64,000 bases of DNA from Tubiluchus corallicola (taxonomy: Eukaryota > Animalia > Priapulida), in NCBI GenBank assembly GCA_030141605.1, contig JAQGDQ010002375.1:372001-436000 (forward strand), written 5' to 3'. Within the stretch, counting starts at the first letter, position 1; the number at the start of each line of letters is the position of its first letter. Both the position numbers and the translations under genes were made by a program. The notes under the pieces are model-generated. The model searched no databases. It was not told where the DNA came from and saw only the letters and a list, made by a program, of their open reading frames with translations. This document shows, piece after piece, positions 12,878 to 47,757 of the stretch.

Positions 12878-13672
12878 AATCTATCACATTAGAGCCTAGT
12901 TTATTTCATAAATTCCTCACTAAAATGAATCTATCAGATCAGTGCCTAGTTTATTTCATAAATTCCTCACTAAAATGAATCTATCAGATCAGTGCCTAGT
13001 TTATTTCATAAATTTGTCACTGAAATGAATCTATCAGATCAGTGCCTAGTTTATTTCATAAATTCCTCTCTAAAATGAATCTATCAGATCAGTGCCTAGT
13101 TTATTTCATAAATTCCTCACTAAAATGAATCTATCAGATCAGTGCCTAGTTTATTTCATAAATTCTTCGCTAAAATGAATCTATCAGATCAGTGCCTAGT
13201 TTATTTCATAAATTCTTCGCTAAAATGAATCTATCAGATCAGTGCCTAGTTTGTTTCATAAATTCCTCACTAAAATGAATCTATCAGATCAGTGCCTAGT
13301 TTATTTCATAAATTCTTCGCTAAAATGAATCTATCACATCAGTGCCTAGTTTGTTTCATAAATTCCTCACTAAAATGAATCTATCAGATCAGTGCCTAGT
13401 TTATTTCATAAATTCTTCACTAAAATGAATCTATCAGATCAGTGCCTAGTTTATTTCATAAATTCTTCGCTAAAATGAATCTATCAGATCAGTGCCTAGT
13501 TTATTTCATAAATTCCTCACTAAAATGAATCTATCAGATCAGTGCCTAGTTTATTTCATAAATTCTTCGCTAAAATGAATCTATCAAACCAGTGCCTAGT
13601 TTATTTCATAAATTCATCACTAAAATGAATCTATCAGATCAGTGCCTAGTTTATTTCATAAATTCCACACTG
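12878..13672. repeat. Minisatellite, 50-bp unit, ~16 copies
   Basis: ttatttcataaattcctcactaaaatgaatctatcagatcagtgcctagt repeated head-to-tail with few substitutions and no spacers. Confidence 0.98.
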
Positions 13673-16600
13673 ATATCGTGAAATCAGAACTTAAATATCG
13701 CATTCCTCACTCGCAGGTCCTAAGTCCCGCTTCGAATTAATTTAAATTGATTGCAAATGCTACTTGTGCAGCAGAAGAAACCTGCCATTATTCCGCGCTA
13801 AACTTTCGCAATCTCATTCATTGCATTTATTTTATAAGTGGCATTGTACTCATTTCTCCATTTCATTAGGAAAGAACGGTTCATCTTTTATGCAACAGCT
13901 AATTAAATACACAATAGAAAAGATATTGCGTGTCTCTGATGCTTGCAATCATAATTAAAGCGCAAATGCATAAGATACGGATAGCGAAGAGACGTCTGTA
14001 AAGCATTGAGAAATGCACAAAATGGTATTTGTTATATAAAAGAAAGGCTGGAAAAATCGATTAGTCACACCAATCTCATCAATCGTATCAAGGTAAATGT
14101 TTGCCTCAAAATAGCAAAGATGGCAAGGAAATACACCTACTCTAAAACAAGAAACAAATTACTGTCCAGCTTCAAATTAAATGATACTTGCAAATGTTAA
14201 ACACAGAAAGTTGGAGATCTATTTTATTACTAAATCTTAACATTAAATTGACATAACATAGAGAAAAAAGATAATCATCAGCCCATCCTTATCAAAACTT
14301 ATCAGCATGTGACACAGTTTTAGGTATTGTGCAACTTTTTTAAGAATAAATGTTTGTTGACGTATCTTCCTTTCAAGTTGTCATTTACCACTCACTGCCC
14401 AACTAGACGCTGTTGCGATTTCGGAGCTTCCAGACATTAATAAATAAACTTGCCTCAAAGAAAATTACAGGGAATTTGACAAACTTACTGTTTTGCCCTC
14501 GCTATCTCTAACTAGCCACTGGTCAGGTTTCCAGAATCTAACTCGAATACCCGAGGTGGTACGACACATCAAAGAATACAGGCAATCTAAGAGTTTTGAG
14601 ATCAGAATGTACAAATCATTACCCGATAAACCCTTTCAGGCTCTGTAGAGACATAATCATCTTTCTCCGTCTGTTCCTCTCCCTTTTTGGAGGTCACGAA
14701 AAACTGGTTATGTGTAAAAAACAAAACTGTATGTTTAAAATCAATGTACTTGAAGTTAAGCAATCACTCTGATGGCTTAAGTGCCCCATTCTGACATTTT
14801 GTAAGATTTTCTAGCAATTCTTTGACTGTGTAAAGCTGGATTACAGGTAAGGCAGGTTGCTTTTAGAGATGAGTTTCTCTGCAGACTTCTCATTCCGCTT
14901 CACTTCCACAAGCTCCACGACAGCGTAACGTATAAGGAACACGTTACAACTACAGCAGTAACAATGACTAAAACACAGTCATTTGTATTGAATGTTCAAT
15001 GTACCAATTAATGCCTATGACATAGTGTCATAATTAGAAGAGGAATTTACGGATTTATTTCAAACAAATTAACAACAATCATCAGTACACTCAACCAGAC
15101 ATTGAAAATGAAGATCAACACGCTTGCATTCCAGTAAGTAACTGAAACAGAAAAAGCAAATAGAATAAGAGATTTTTAGTAGCCTATCAAAGAGCAGAGC
15201 TCGGTTTTTGCTGACTGATTGCGACAAAATCCTACCTGCTTAACCTAAAAAAGCTTCAAATTTAGAAATGCGGCTACAAAATCCGCTTGGAATGTAATAG
15301 AACCCACTGTTTTTGCAAAACGACATATAACAACTGGCAACAGTTAATGTTTAGTGCCACTTCAATAACAAGTGTCCCTTAAGAGGCTATTCTCAAATCA
15401 TCACAGTTGTTTCTCGAACATCCATGTAAGAGTTTACATTTACCAAGTTTTAATTCATGACTATTTGCACAATTATTGGCGTTTTGATTACAGCTCAAAT
15501 ATTAAAAAATGACTCTTCTTTTCACCTGTGTTGTTAACAGTCTTGTCACACATAATGTCTGTAAGGCTATTCTTTGCCACTGTTGCTTTAAGTGAGTTAG
15601 TCTATAACTTAATCCTAGCTGACAATATAGAATCAATCGAAAATAGCTAAAATAATTTGCAACTTAGCCATACCTATAGCTTTCTTATTTAAATGTTGCA
15701 AATGCATATAAACATAAATCAATAAGCAACTACGACTGAGGCATTCATAATGATCTCAAAACTCAAATTTTCACTTCCAGTCTTATAAAAATACACTGTG
15801 ATTACAAATAGTAGCAAAAATCGCTAACTTTGTGTCATTTTGCACATTTTTGCACATTCAGATTATTGCAATGGAGGTCATTTAATCTTTACTTACATAT
15901 GTGACAGTACAATAATGTAGAAGATGACTATGTTTTCAGGCTCAGAATCATGACTAAAAGTCCATGACTAGTAATTACTAAACCTAAGTGCTCTAATTAG
16001 TGGATAAATCATCACCATAATGTTTAATGATGCACATTTTAAACGATTACTGCCCCAAGAATTTCCAGTCCGCACAAATTTAGAAATGAATGCAATTATT
16101 TATAACTGTACGAAATACGCGAGGGAGAAGTTTTATATCAGGTGCAACATTTAATAGAAATGAAGACTGCAAATCCATGTTATCAAGGGGGTGCAGAGAT
16201 GCTAAAAAATATGACAATGGGAAAGCCATAACTCAAGAATGCATTGTCAGTTTAAATCAAGCTTCGTATTTGATAAATCCTAGAGAAACTTCAAATAAAT
16301 CTAGCGCATCTTTAATAATCAGCTTCTTACAAGTGTAAGCAGAAAATGGAAGATTAGGGCTTCAACTGGAGTGACAAAGTCACCTTGATACCTCGAGCGT
16401 GGCGTCCACGCTTTGAGTCCATCCATAATCAATGATGTTTCTAAAAGTCTTGTCAAAAACCGCACTAATCTGCAGCTTCATTGCATGAGAAAGCTAATCA
16501 AAATGCAAATTTGGAAGAAAGATTTGATGACAAGTGTCTCGGTGATTGAACGAAGATATAAGCTTGCAGATAAAACAGACGACAAATTGATGTTAGTTTT

Positions 16601-18530
16601 AGCAAACGCGTTCCGAAAAATCATTTCTATTACAATTATTTATTATTCATTCGTACAAAAATGTACATTAACATAACACAGACACACAGTACATACAATA
16701 ACATTTACAAACATAATTAGTTCCATATTTACAATACATTACACACAAAATAATACAACAGAAACAATATTCTTGATTTTTATTCTTAAAATACTCAGAA
16801 TTCTTTCACATTTGTTAATAACCAGATGCATTGATTCTTGATGGTGATGTTTTAATATCGTTTAAACAATAACCTGCTGCGGGGTTTAATAATTCTACGA
16901 AGTTTTCCAGTCGTTATTTGTACTCATTATTTGCAGATAGCTGAAATCGATTCTCGGCTCAGGACTATGGAAATGTGATGAATACTCAGCTCATTTTGCT
17001 TAGATTACAAGGAGGACGAAAACATCAGCTTCTGACTAGAATTTTCCTGACTGAATAACAAATTGGTTTAAGGATGAAGCGCAACTGTTTTTCTTTCAAC
17101 GCCATTATCTACAGGCTGACCAGTGTGTCCAATATAATAGAGTAAATATGAGAAACCATAGTAACAATAAACATTTCTAGCTGGTTTCGGGCGTCCTCAA
17201 TATTTATCTGCTTAATCAGTAGCCCAAACGTGACAAATTGTCTAAATAAATACAGCGTTTCGTCACCTATCATTCTCAATGCTAAATTCGGCACATTTTG
17301 TAAATTCTATTTGTTTAGATGGAATTGTAGAGTTTCACAGCTAAATTATGTTCGGTTATATATTGTAAATGTTGCCCCAAGTTTTGCTGACAAAAGACAA
17401 AATAGTTCACACGAAACAATGTCTTAAAGCAACCATAAAGCACTTACACTATTGATTAATTTCAAATACGGCAAATATCAATTGCTCTTTACGACAGAAA
17501 CCCAGTAAGATGTTGGTGAGGTTACCATGGTTGTAGTAAAATAAACAGGAATAAGTAACTTTAGAAAATGCATTCCATGAACAGCATTGACAGTTGCACC
17601 ACATGTAAATTATTACTTAATTAAATGAAAAGCGACAAGACAAGTAATAAGAAAAGAAATAAAAGATTAAAAGGCAAACTGTTCGAGTGCTCCCTGCTGT
17701 TAACCAAAGCAAAACACAAACTGTCTATGCAATGTGACAAATCTTTGGCTTAAAATTACTTGAGACAATGGTAAAGACAATGATCATACCAATTACTACT
17801 AACATTCATATCATCATGTCTAAAACAGTGTTACCCCTATTTCTTTGGGCCAAGTATATACTTGCTGTCAGCAAAGACAGAACTGCGCTACACTAAAATA
17901 CATAAAATATGAAATTCGGGTTTTCCAAGCCCTAAACTTACTACATATTAAAACCAAGAATTGACAGCAGATTTGTGCTCATAAATTTACATTGTCTTCA
18001 TTACATAGCATTAAGTGACATTTGTGACGTCATCAGGTCATGTGTAGTGCTTTAAAAATAAAAAAAGTTGTCAACGATTTGTCAACATCGGTAAAATCCC
18101 GATTCTCCTGTTACATTTACCATTTTAATGTTAAGGTAAAAAATTAAAGACGGTAATTCAATCAAAAACATTCATGCATGGTAACCCAGTGAATGCACGT
18201 GAATTTACGCAAATGTTCAGGTAAAATTACAGGTAAGAAGCCATGAGACTGGCACAGGTAGGTGACTTTGATTAAAGTCAATAAAATACATTATGCAGCT
18301 CTAGAGTCAAAATGAATGTATGGATTGGCACTGCTTTAGATTTGTTAAACTTAGAAAGAAAAAAAGAAATCCTCTTCACGACTTCACGAGTATTGTCTCA
18401 TTCTTTAGAAAGATCTCATAGCAAGCTCAAAAAATAGAATTCCAATTTCTAATGGCTTTCAATGTTGCAGAATTTCAAAATCAGGGAGCCATGAAAACAT
18501 AAGGACAAAATTTACTAGTCATCTCAGGCA

Positions 18531-18735
18531 ATGTCGTCATCATTACTGTCTTTCGCTGCAGCTACGATCATTAATATCAGCATTCTTGTAGTTAATATCA
18601 TCATCACCATCATTCTGATCATCATCATCATCACCATACTGATCATCACCATTATCATCATCACCATCACTATGACCATCATCATCGTCATTATGATCAC
18701 CATATTTACGATTATTAATATTAATATCATTACTA
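18531..18735. repeat. Degenerate (ATC)n/(ACC)n microsatellite
   Basis: Trinucleotide periodicity; explains the Ile/Met-rich spurious ORFs on both strands. Confidence 0.9.
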
Positions 18736-19570
18736 ACACATGGGTTTTATAATTTGTCACTCAACATGACATTCTTAATTTACTTATTGTTCAAATTCAT
18801 TACACAAGACCTGGCTCATTTAACTAACAAACTCTGTTGTCATTATTACTGCTACATGCCTATATGCTCTGGTGAAGTGACCGACCAAGAAACTTCAAGT
18901 TAACTTCAGTTCATTTAGCTAAAAAAATTCATAATTGGGCAATCTAAATTTTACACAAAGGTCACTTTTCATCTTTCTTAACAATCACATTTTTATCTCC
19001 AACACATGCAAGTTACAGAGTTGAACAAATTCCTTGGCAAAGAATTGCACTAGGATAATGTGAACAAATAAAAATGCTCAAAGAAAAAAAGCATGAATTT
19101 TCATACCCTACCTCATTTTAAAGTACAGCAAAAATATGCATTTTAACACTTACAAAAATGCCATGTTTCTGAAAACTGAATATTAGCGTAGAAGCTTAAT
19201 GAACCGCTGGCGAGCACAGATAGTAGTGACATCATGAACGTATTGTAACATGAAGTAGAACTTAATAATCTCCAAATGGAAGAAACATGCTACGAGTGTG
19301 TTGCACGTGTTTGCAAAATCAAATACTGAAATGCAACGGTACAGTACAGCACTAAATATGAATTACACCAACTCGGCAAATTTTCAGTTTAGAAACTTCT
19401 AAATTTCAGTTTAAATTTCAAGCTTCTATCATGCAATTTCACCAAAAACCACAAATGAACACACAGAGAGAGAAGGGAGTGTGTCTGTTTTTTTGCAATA
19501 CGTTTCCGAGATGCGGCACACTTTACCATCTAACTAGCATGTAGTGAAATGCACATAACAGGGCATGAAT

Positions 19571-19739
19571 GTAAAAGTAAACTTCTGTGGTAATAATTCT
19601 TTCACGAAGTCATTCTTGGAAAAAACAACATTTTCCCTTTCAATAAACAAGGCACAAATGTGAAATTAAACTTTTGTGGTCTGTGGTAATAATTCTTTCA
19701 TGAAGACATTCTTGAAAAAACAATATTTTCCCTTTCAAT
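19571..19739. repeat. Short direct duplication (~60-70 bp, two copies)
   Basis: ctgtggtaataattctttca..aag.cattctt.aaaaaacaa.attttccctttcaat occurs at ~19584 and ~19681. Confidence 0.85.
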
Positions 19740-20708
19740 GTTTGATACATAGATCACTTTGAGCTCTGACATTGGGTTCAATATTGGGTCCGAATTTTCC
19801 TTAATGTCAATATTTCTAATGTATACAAATTTTCCAGGAATTTCTTTCAATATGGATTTATAGAGGTGTCAACCTTTGTCTTAAACTATAAATTCTTTTT
19901 AATAAACATCCCACCAATTATTTAACTATCCTTCAAGAACTACTACTGTTAACTCCTTTATTTTGCTGTCAGATCGAACTTTAATGGTAATAACATGTCT
20001 GAAATTCGGTTAATGGAAAAGCAGTTTGCGACAATACCTTGCAGTCAGAACCAAATTTAGCATGAAATCCGGAAATTCCCCAAATGATTAGTGAACAGGT
20101 GATCACTGTAATGAAAGGAGCATCCAAGAACGAGACATTTTGATTTGATAACCACATTGAGTGAGTAGAGCAGTAATTACAGCGTGCAGGGCAAGTTCGA
20201 GGAACACTAATTTTGCTCTTGTACAAAATTTATTTCACTTCGCGAATTCCTGTAATTGCCCAGGCATTTACTTGAGGACAATCAGTCTAGTTATCCCGGG
20301 GGTGGAAACCCTCAATTTACATTTGCTGGAACATGTACCGGAATTACGAGCAGGAAAAAAAGACATCATGCCTCAAGCTGATGAAAAAATGAAAAACACA
20401 TGAGAAACTAGTGTGAAATGTGCTGATGTTAAAGTACTACATACAACACAAGGTCAAACAACCCATAATACTAAATAATTCGATGAGGTTATTTGATGTA
20501 TGTTGAGTAGCAAAATGTTTAAAATACAACTTAAATGTGTTTAAAGCCTCAAAATTACAATTGAAAGTCTAAAAAAATCAGCTTCCCACTTTTTTCACAA
20601 TAAGATCTTGAAGAGCTTGTTGTTCTGTGGAATTCAATTCTGTCCTGGTGCATCCGTAAAAACACAAGACAAGGTTTATATCACGTTATGGATAAAACAT
20701 TTTCCTAC

Positions 20709-42450
<21,742 letters not shown>

Positions 42451-43471
42451 GCTTGAAAGATCTCCAATGCAATGTACAACTTCAAGTCGATATTAATAAC
42501 AGTTACAAAATCGTTTGTCTAATTTCTGCTTCATCATCAGCTGTAGACATCAGACTGAGTGATGCAATCAGTAACTGTACTGTAAACACAGAATACAAAT
42601 GACGTACACTTACAGATAAAAAACACAATTAAATTTACATCATTAAGGAATTTACAGATTTGTACAATATCCCACAATGTAACACACAAATTGACAAAGC
42701 AGTCAAGTTGTGTTAAACTTTGATAATTAGTACAGTCCGGCACGGTATTGTTGCCAACATGGGACCAAATTTTTTCACCACGAAGTAATTAATCACTAGT
42801 CGCAAGATGGGAACTGCTAACCAATGACTCTCCAGTGACTCTTTGCACTCTGTAGCATTATTTCACATGAGAACCCAGGCTGAGATTTTTCACCATTATG
42901 TTTCGCACTATCCACTTTCTATCAGCCAATTATTTTAGTCACCTAATCAGTTTACGTTTACCAGTATATTCATAAAGCAACGATAGAAATTTAAAATGCA
43001 GAAATTGATAATTTTGATGCAATGTGACAAGGAAAACAATTTAATTAAGAAAATAATTAAACCATGGGCATTTCATGAAGGGTTCTATTTAGGCAAACAA
43101 TCAATTATTACCGTTGCCTTGGGTATAAGTATCACCCAACATGGTATGCTAGCTCAGGCCTACACTAGAAGACAATACAATCACGATAGAACGCCTAGCA
43201 CCTATTTAAAAATGCAAATTTATGCTTATATTTCACATTCAACATAATATTGCAAAAAGCGTCAACTACTGTACTGAGTTAGGCTGAGTCAGGTTTTTTC
43301 ACTGACAACTACAGAGTTTGTTACAAACACACAGGTATACAAAGTAGGCCTACATTGTCGCGAATGCTTCATTTACAGATAAGGCATACGCTTACATAAC
43401 GCAACAAACAACTACATGCCTTTTGCACAAAAACAATTAATTCCCTAATTATAATGATAAAACGGTCTTAC

Positions 43472-43540
43472 ACTGCTAGCACTTAACAGTAGCGGCCATG
43501 TCTGCTGCAGTTCTATCCCTGCGCCGTCTAGCGCGTGAAA
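43472..43540 (-). promoter_or_regulatory. WDR7: Candidate WDR7 TSS / non-coding first exon
   Basis: Small CpG-rich island ~1 kb upstream of the ATG with a YY1-like catggccgc and CTCF-like cgctagacggcgc, ending at donor cagt|gtaaga. Confidence 0.5.
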
Positions 43541-44994
43541 ACTTATTTAGTTCAACATCATAATAAGGAAATTGGTATAATGAAAATTGAAATATACTCA
43601 ACAGCAAACAATATTATAAGGGATTATTATTGACAAGAAATATGTGAAAAATCAAAAGAAATCAGAGTGGAAAATATGTAAAATCAAAATAACATCTGTA
43701 ATACTGCACAAGCATACAGAAATTATAATTTACATAACAAAGAGCGGATCATGCGGGAAAAGCAGTTGGAATCCAAAAATTACATTACAAACAATATTGT
43801 AAGTTGTGTGTTATAATCGTGCATAAGCAAATGTATGAGGGAGCCATTAAAAATTACAAAGCGATTTTCGATGATCACAGGAAAAATAATTAGTCAGATA
43901 TTAAAAGCACAAAAAATTACCTGGATGACTCTATGGGGAGATTGACAATCGGAGTCCAGGCTTCAATATATAAATATTCTAGACTTTGCAAACTTGAAAT
44001 TGATCTACAGAAGTTCAACAATAAACAAATTAAATATTGAAATTAACTGAACCTGCTATTGCAGTAGTTGCTCTTGCATGCAGGTAGACAAATTATTGTA
44101 GTGGACAAAAGAAATGAGGCGCGAGAAACCACAGAACATTGACGATACAGTTGGAACTCATGTGCGACTCACATTAACTCCCTTTAATGCAGCGACAGAT
44201 TGAGATATTAACTAAAATAAACTAAAAAATAGCACGAACAAATAATTATCACGGCAATTATCATTATTTCTGGTAAGATTGATAAGTATGCTAAAGTTAA
44301 TCGTTTCGTTATTTTGGTATATAAAGTTTTAACAATTTTTACGGGCAAAATTAAAGCCATTTGTGATTCATTGTGTCTCAGTAATGTTTTGTGGATCTTG
44401 CTTTACCGTTATTATTTCGTCATTTTCGCTCTGCTGAATAACCTACTTTATTATCGGGAATATTATGATAGGCCTGCAGTATGAGTGGATCGAAAATATT
44501 TGTGGTTGGTTACAAAATAAAAACTCAGCTAGCCTGGCGCTGAAAACGTTGCCCACCAATAAGATATCGTGCTCGCACATTTAATTTGCGCTAGTGAGAC
44601 TGCGCTCTAGAAAAAGTGACACGTCTAAATTTATAGAGAATAATATTACTGAGAGTTCCACGTAGCAATAATTATTATCTATGTGTAAACTACTTGTGTT
44701 GTACACAAGTACGTAAAATTTGTAAACAGGATCACATAAACTTACGAAATGAACTTATAAGTGCAGTATTAATATCCACCTGTTAAACAAACAAACAATC
44801 GCCCTGCATACTTGACATTCAACGATCATGCAGTCAAGTACATAGTACGTAGGTAAAGGAAAACCTAAAAAGTAAATAAACATATTATTTCCGTGAATTG
44901 TTTGTGCTTGGCTAGGACTTATAAGTGAACCGTCGGCAGTAGGGTCAATATTTTTTCTAGAGTTTAAGTACTTAATATCATCATATTTTCATGA

Positions 44995-46620
44995 TCAATT
45001 TAAGTAACTAACTGAAACATAACAAGGAATTCTATTCCTAAAACACGGCACCCCAAGTCCTCCCTCCTCAGTGGAAGCACAAAAGTAGAAGATAGATTTA
45101 TCTGATGGCAGCCTTAGGAACAACCTGACAGTTTTCCTAATCCTCATTTCCAAAACTCTTATTTTAGTATATAATTTGTGCCAGAAAGTTTTAGCAATTT
45201 TGACGCACAAAATTAAAGCCATTTGTGATTCATTGAGTCTCAGAAGTATTTTGTGAATCTTGTTTTACCGTTACTATTTCGTCATTTTAAAACACGGCAC
45301 CCCAAGTCCTCCCTCCTAAATGGAACCACAAAAGTAGAAGATAGATTTATCTGATGGCAGCCTCGGAAACAACCTGACAGTTTTCCGAATTCTTAATTCC
45401 AAAACTCTTAATAAGCCAATATTCACTTGACATCGACTTAAGAGGCGTTCCTGCTAGATTAACCAATAACTGCTCCAGCAACTGATACGACCTCCCACCG
45501 AAAGCTTCACTTCCAGGTATTTATAAATATTTCTAACATCCACTCCTTCGACCATCAATCCCTGCATCTCAAGGAACTACTCCAATCACACAGCCATCTT
45601 TTGACCATCTCGTTTTGCTATGATGGACAATGTAGCACACTTTTGAAGACTGAGAACGAGACGACGTAACCGCAATTTCTACTGAAGAAGCTAAACCTTT
45701 TTACAGGATTGCTGAAACTATCAATACTAATTAAGCTATCTGCAAAGCCCAACTTATTAAACAAGAGCCTTCCAAATTATAACCATTACCCAAACCGTCA
45801 ATTTTTTTCAGAGCCTCAGCAATGACCAACCATCCCTCACCCATAGTGAGAGAGAGGGTCTCCCTGCCTACGCCACTAACCATTCACAAATTCTCTCCAT
45901 AAAGAACTGTTGTCCCTTCCTTGCACTATTGTCAGAGATATCCTGTCAGATGATCAGGTATTGCAACTATCCTCGCTCCCCAAATAACAGTATCGCGGGA
46001 CATACTGTCAAAAGCTTTCCTGATATCAGTAAAGCTCAAATTCTAGTCCCTTGCATTCCTCTGAGCGTCCTTCAAGATAAACTTCTAAATATATGTAGTA
46101 ATGTTAGCAGCAGCAACAGCATCTACTCTACGATCTGCCTTTGTAATTTCTTAAAAGCGAGAAGCTGCAACCTTATTGCCAACATACAGTGAAACAACAT
46201 GCATTACTAACTACCAATGGCAATCCGCCTGTAGTCACCAAGTACAGTTTAGCAATAAGGACATTGCTTGGAGACGCTCCCTCATCAAAACAGCATTCAG
46301 AAGCTACTGCAGAGGTTGGATCCTCGGTCTTTAAAACACTGTTCAAAAGTCTGATCTTGCTGCAGAATCGCGAAGATTTCAAAGAGCATTACGACGCATT
46401 TCTTCCACGTGAAGGACCTCAAGCAACTGCCACAGAATAAAGGCATCCAGGACAGGCTTTGGGTCCATATTCCATTTAGACTCGAAAACATGCCGCCAAA
46501 ACTTCAATTGCTGCTCCTGTGCAACCACCTCCCGAACCTCGGCAGCTCTGCTTGCTTCCGGGGCCTCTTAATCAAATCATGCAGTACACTCCCTGACTCG
46601 CAATAAACCAGGGAGGCTTG
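44995..46620 (-). mobile_element. Decayed non-LTR retrotransposon, R2-like RT fragment
   Basis: Broken minus-strand frames retain DIRKAFDS (~46010), GV/RQGDPL (frameshifted, ~45865), LGFAD (~45745), YKYL (~45520) and RLFLRLP...EGGLGVP (~45050-45125). Many stops. Confidence 0.75.
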
Positions 46621-46691
46621 CACCTGTGTTTAATGATAAAATTGAGCATTAAAGTTATAATACCACGAAGAGTTATATTTTTGCCATTATA

Positions 46692-47757
46692 GGTGTGGGG
46701 GTTGTGGGTGTGTTGTTTTTGTTGTTTGGTTGTGTTTTTTTGGTTTTTGGGTTGTTGTGGGTTTGGGGGTGTGTGGGGTTGTTACCTTTCCTCAGAGAGA
46801 ACTTCACCTTGTCCTTGAAGCGAAGGAGAGGACGACCAACACTGCGAGAGCCACTGGTTAGTTCTCCATGGAGAAGGGCCTTTGTCGGTCTCTTATCGTT
46901 CATTCTGACCACATGCCCAAACCACCGAAGTTGAGCCTTAGTAAGCGTAACCTCGATATCTTCCATCTTGGCACGAGCCAGCACGTCTTCGTTTGGCACA
47001 TAGTCGTCCCAGCGAATACGAAGGATGTGACGCAGATGTCTCTGCTGAACCGCACGAAGAGACCTGACCTGATCTTGATAGAGTGTCCACGTTTCCTGAC
47101 CATAGGTAAGCTGCGGAATGATGCATTGCTTGTACACCTGCAGTTTAGTGGCGATGGTAAGGTCATGGTTATCGAAGACACGTTTCCTCATACGGCCGAA
47201 AGAGCTGGCTGCAGCATTAATTCTTGCATGAAGCTCAGTATCCAATCGAGTATCTGAGCAGATGTAACTTCCGAGATATTTGAACCGTTGCACACTTCCA
47301 AGCTGTTCTCCGTCAATGGTAAAATTGACACTGTCGCTAGAGCCGACACTCAGTCTTCCTTTTGTTAATGCGCAGTCCCATTCTCTTTGCAGTTTCATTG
47401 TAAATGTCGATGAGATCCTGAAGGTCTTCCGGGTTGTCAGAGAAGATAGCTATGTCATCGGCATATTGCGCTTCACGCAGGAACATCATTCGTGTCTTCG
47501 TACTTGCTTTGAGTCGACGTAGGTTAAAAATGTCTCCATCATATCTGAATCGAACATGAATGCTCTTCGTCGAGCCAAGTCTGCCGAAGGCTACCGGCAA
47601 AAAAGGACTGCAGCGAAAAGTCCGAAAAGAGATGGAGCTAACTTGCAGCCTTGTTTCACACCGCTGTTGTATTCTACAGGATCACTAAGCTGGCCATTGA
47701 CAGAGAGACGCGCTAGCATATCAGTGTGCAGAGCTTTTACCATACTTGCAAACAATG
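46692..47757 (-). mobile_element. RTE-clade (BovB-like) LINE insertion, 5'- and 3'-truncated, with 16-bp TSD
   Basis: GVKQGCKLAPSLF, RFRYDGDIFNLRRLKASTK, QYADD, FKYLGS, QLRWFGHVVRM, GRPLLRFKD; one frameshift near 47345. Flanked by tatttttgccattata (46676-46691) and tatttttgcaattata (47758-47773). Confidence 0.92.

Noticed and set aside
12878-13672. CRISPR-like appearance of the 50-bp array (and of the 59-bp array at 4028-4460)
   Set aside because: Units are contiguous with no unique spacers, there are no cas genes, and the context is eukaryotic.
16620-17350. Possible decayed LINE 3' end on the minus strand (LQNVPNLALRMI-like peptide)
   Set aside because: Similarity too weak and fragmentary to assign without a search.
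18524-18760. Ile-rich and Met-rich ORFs on opposite strands
   Set aside because: Translation artefacts of an (ATC)n microsatellite.
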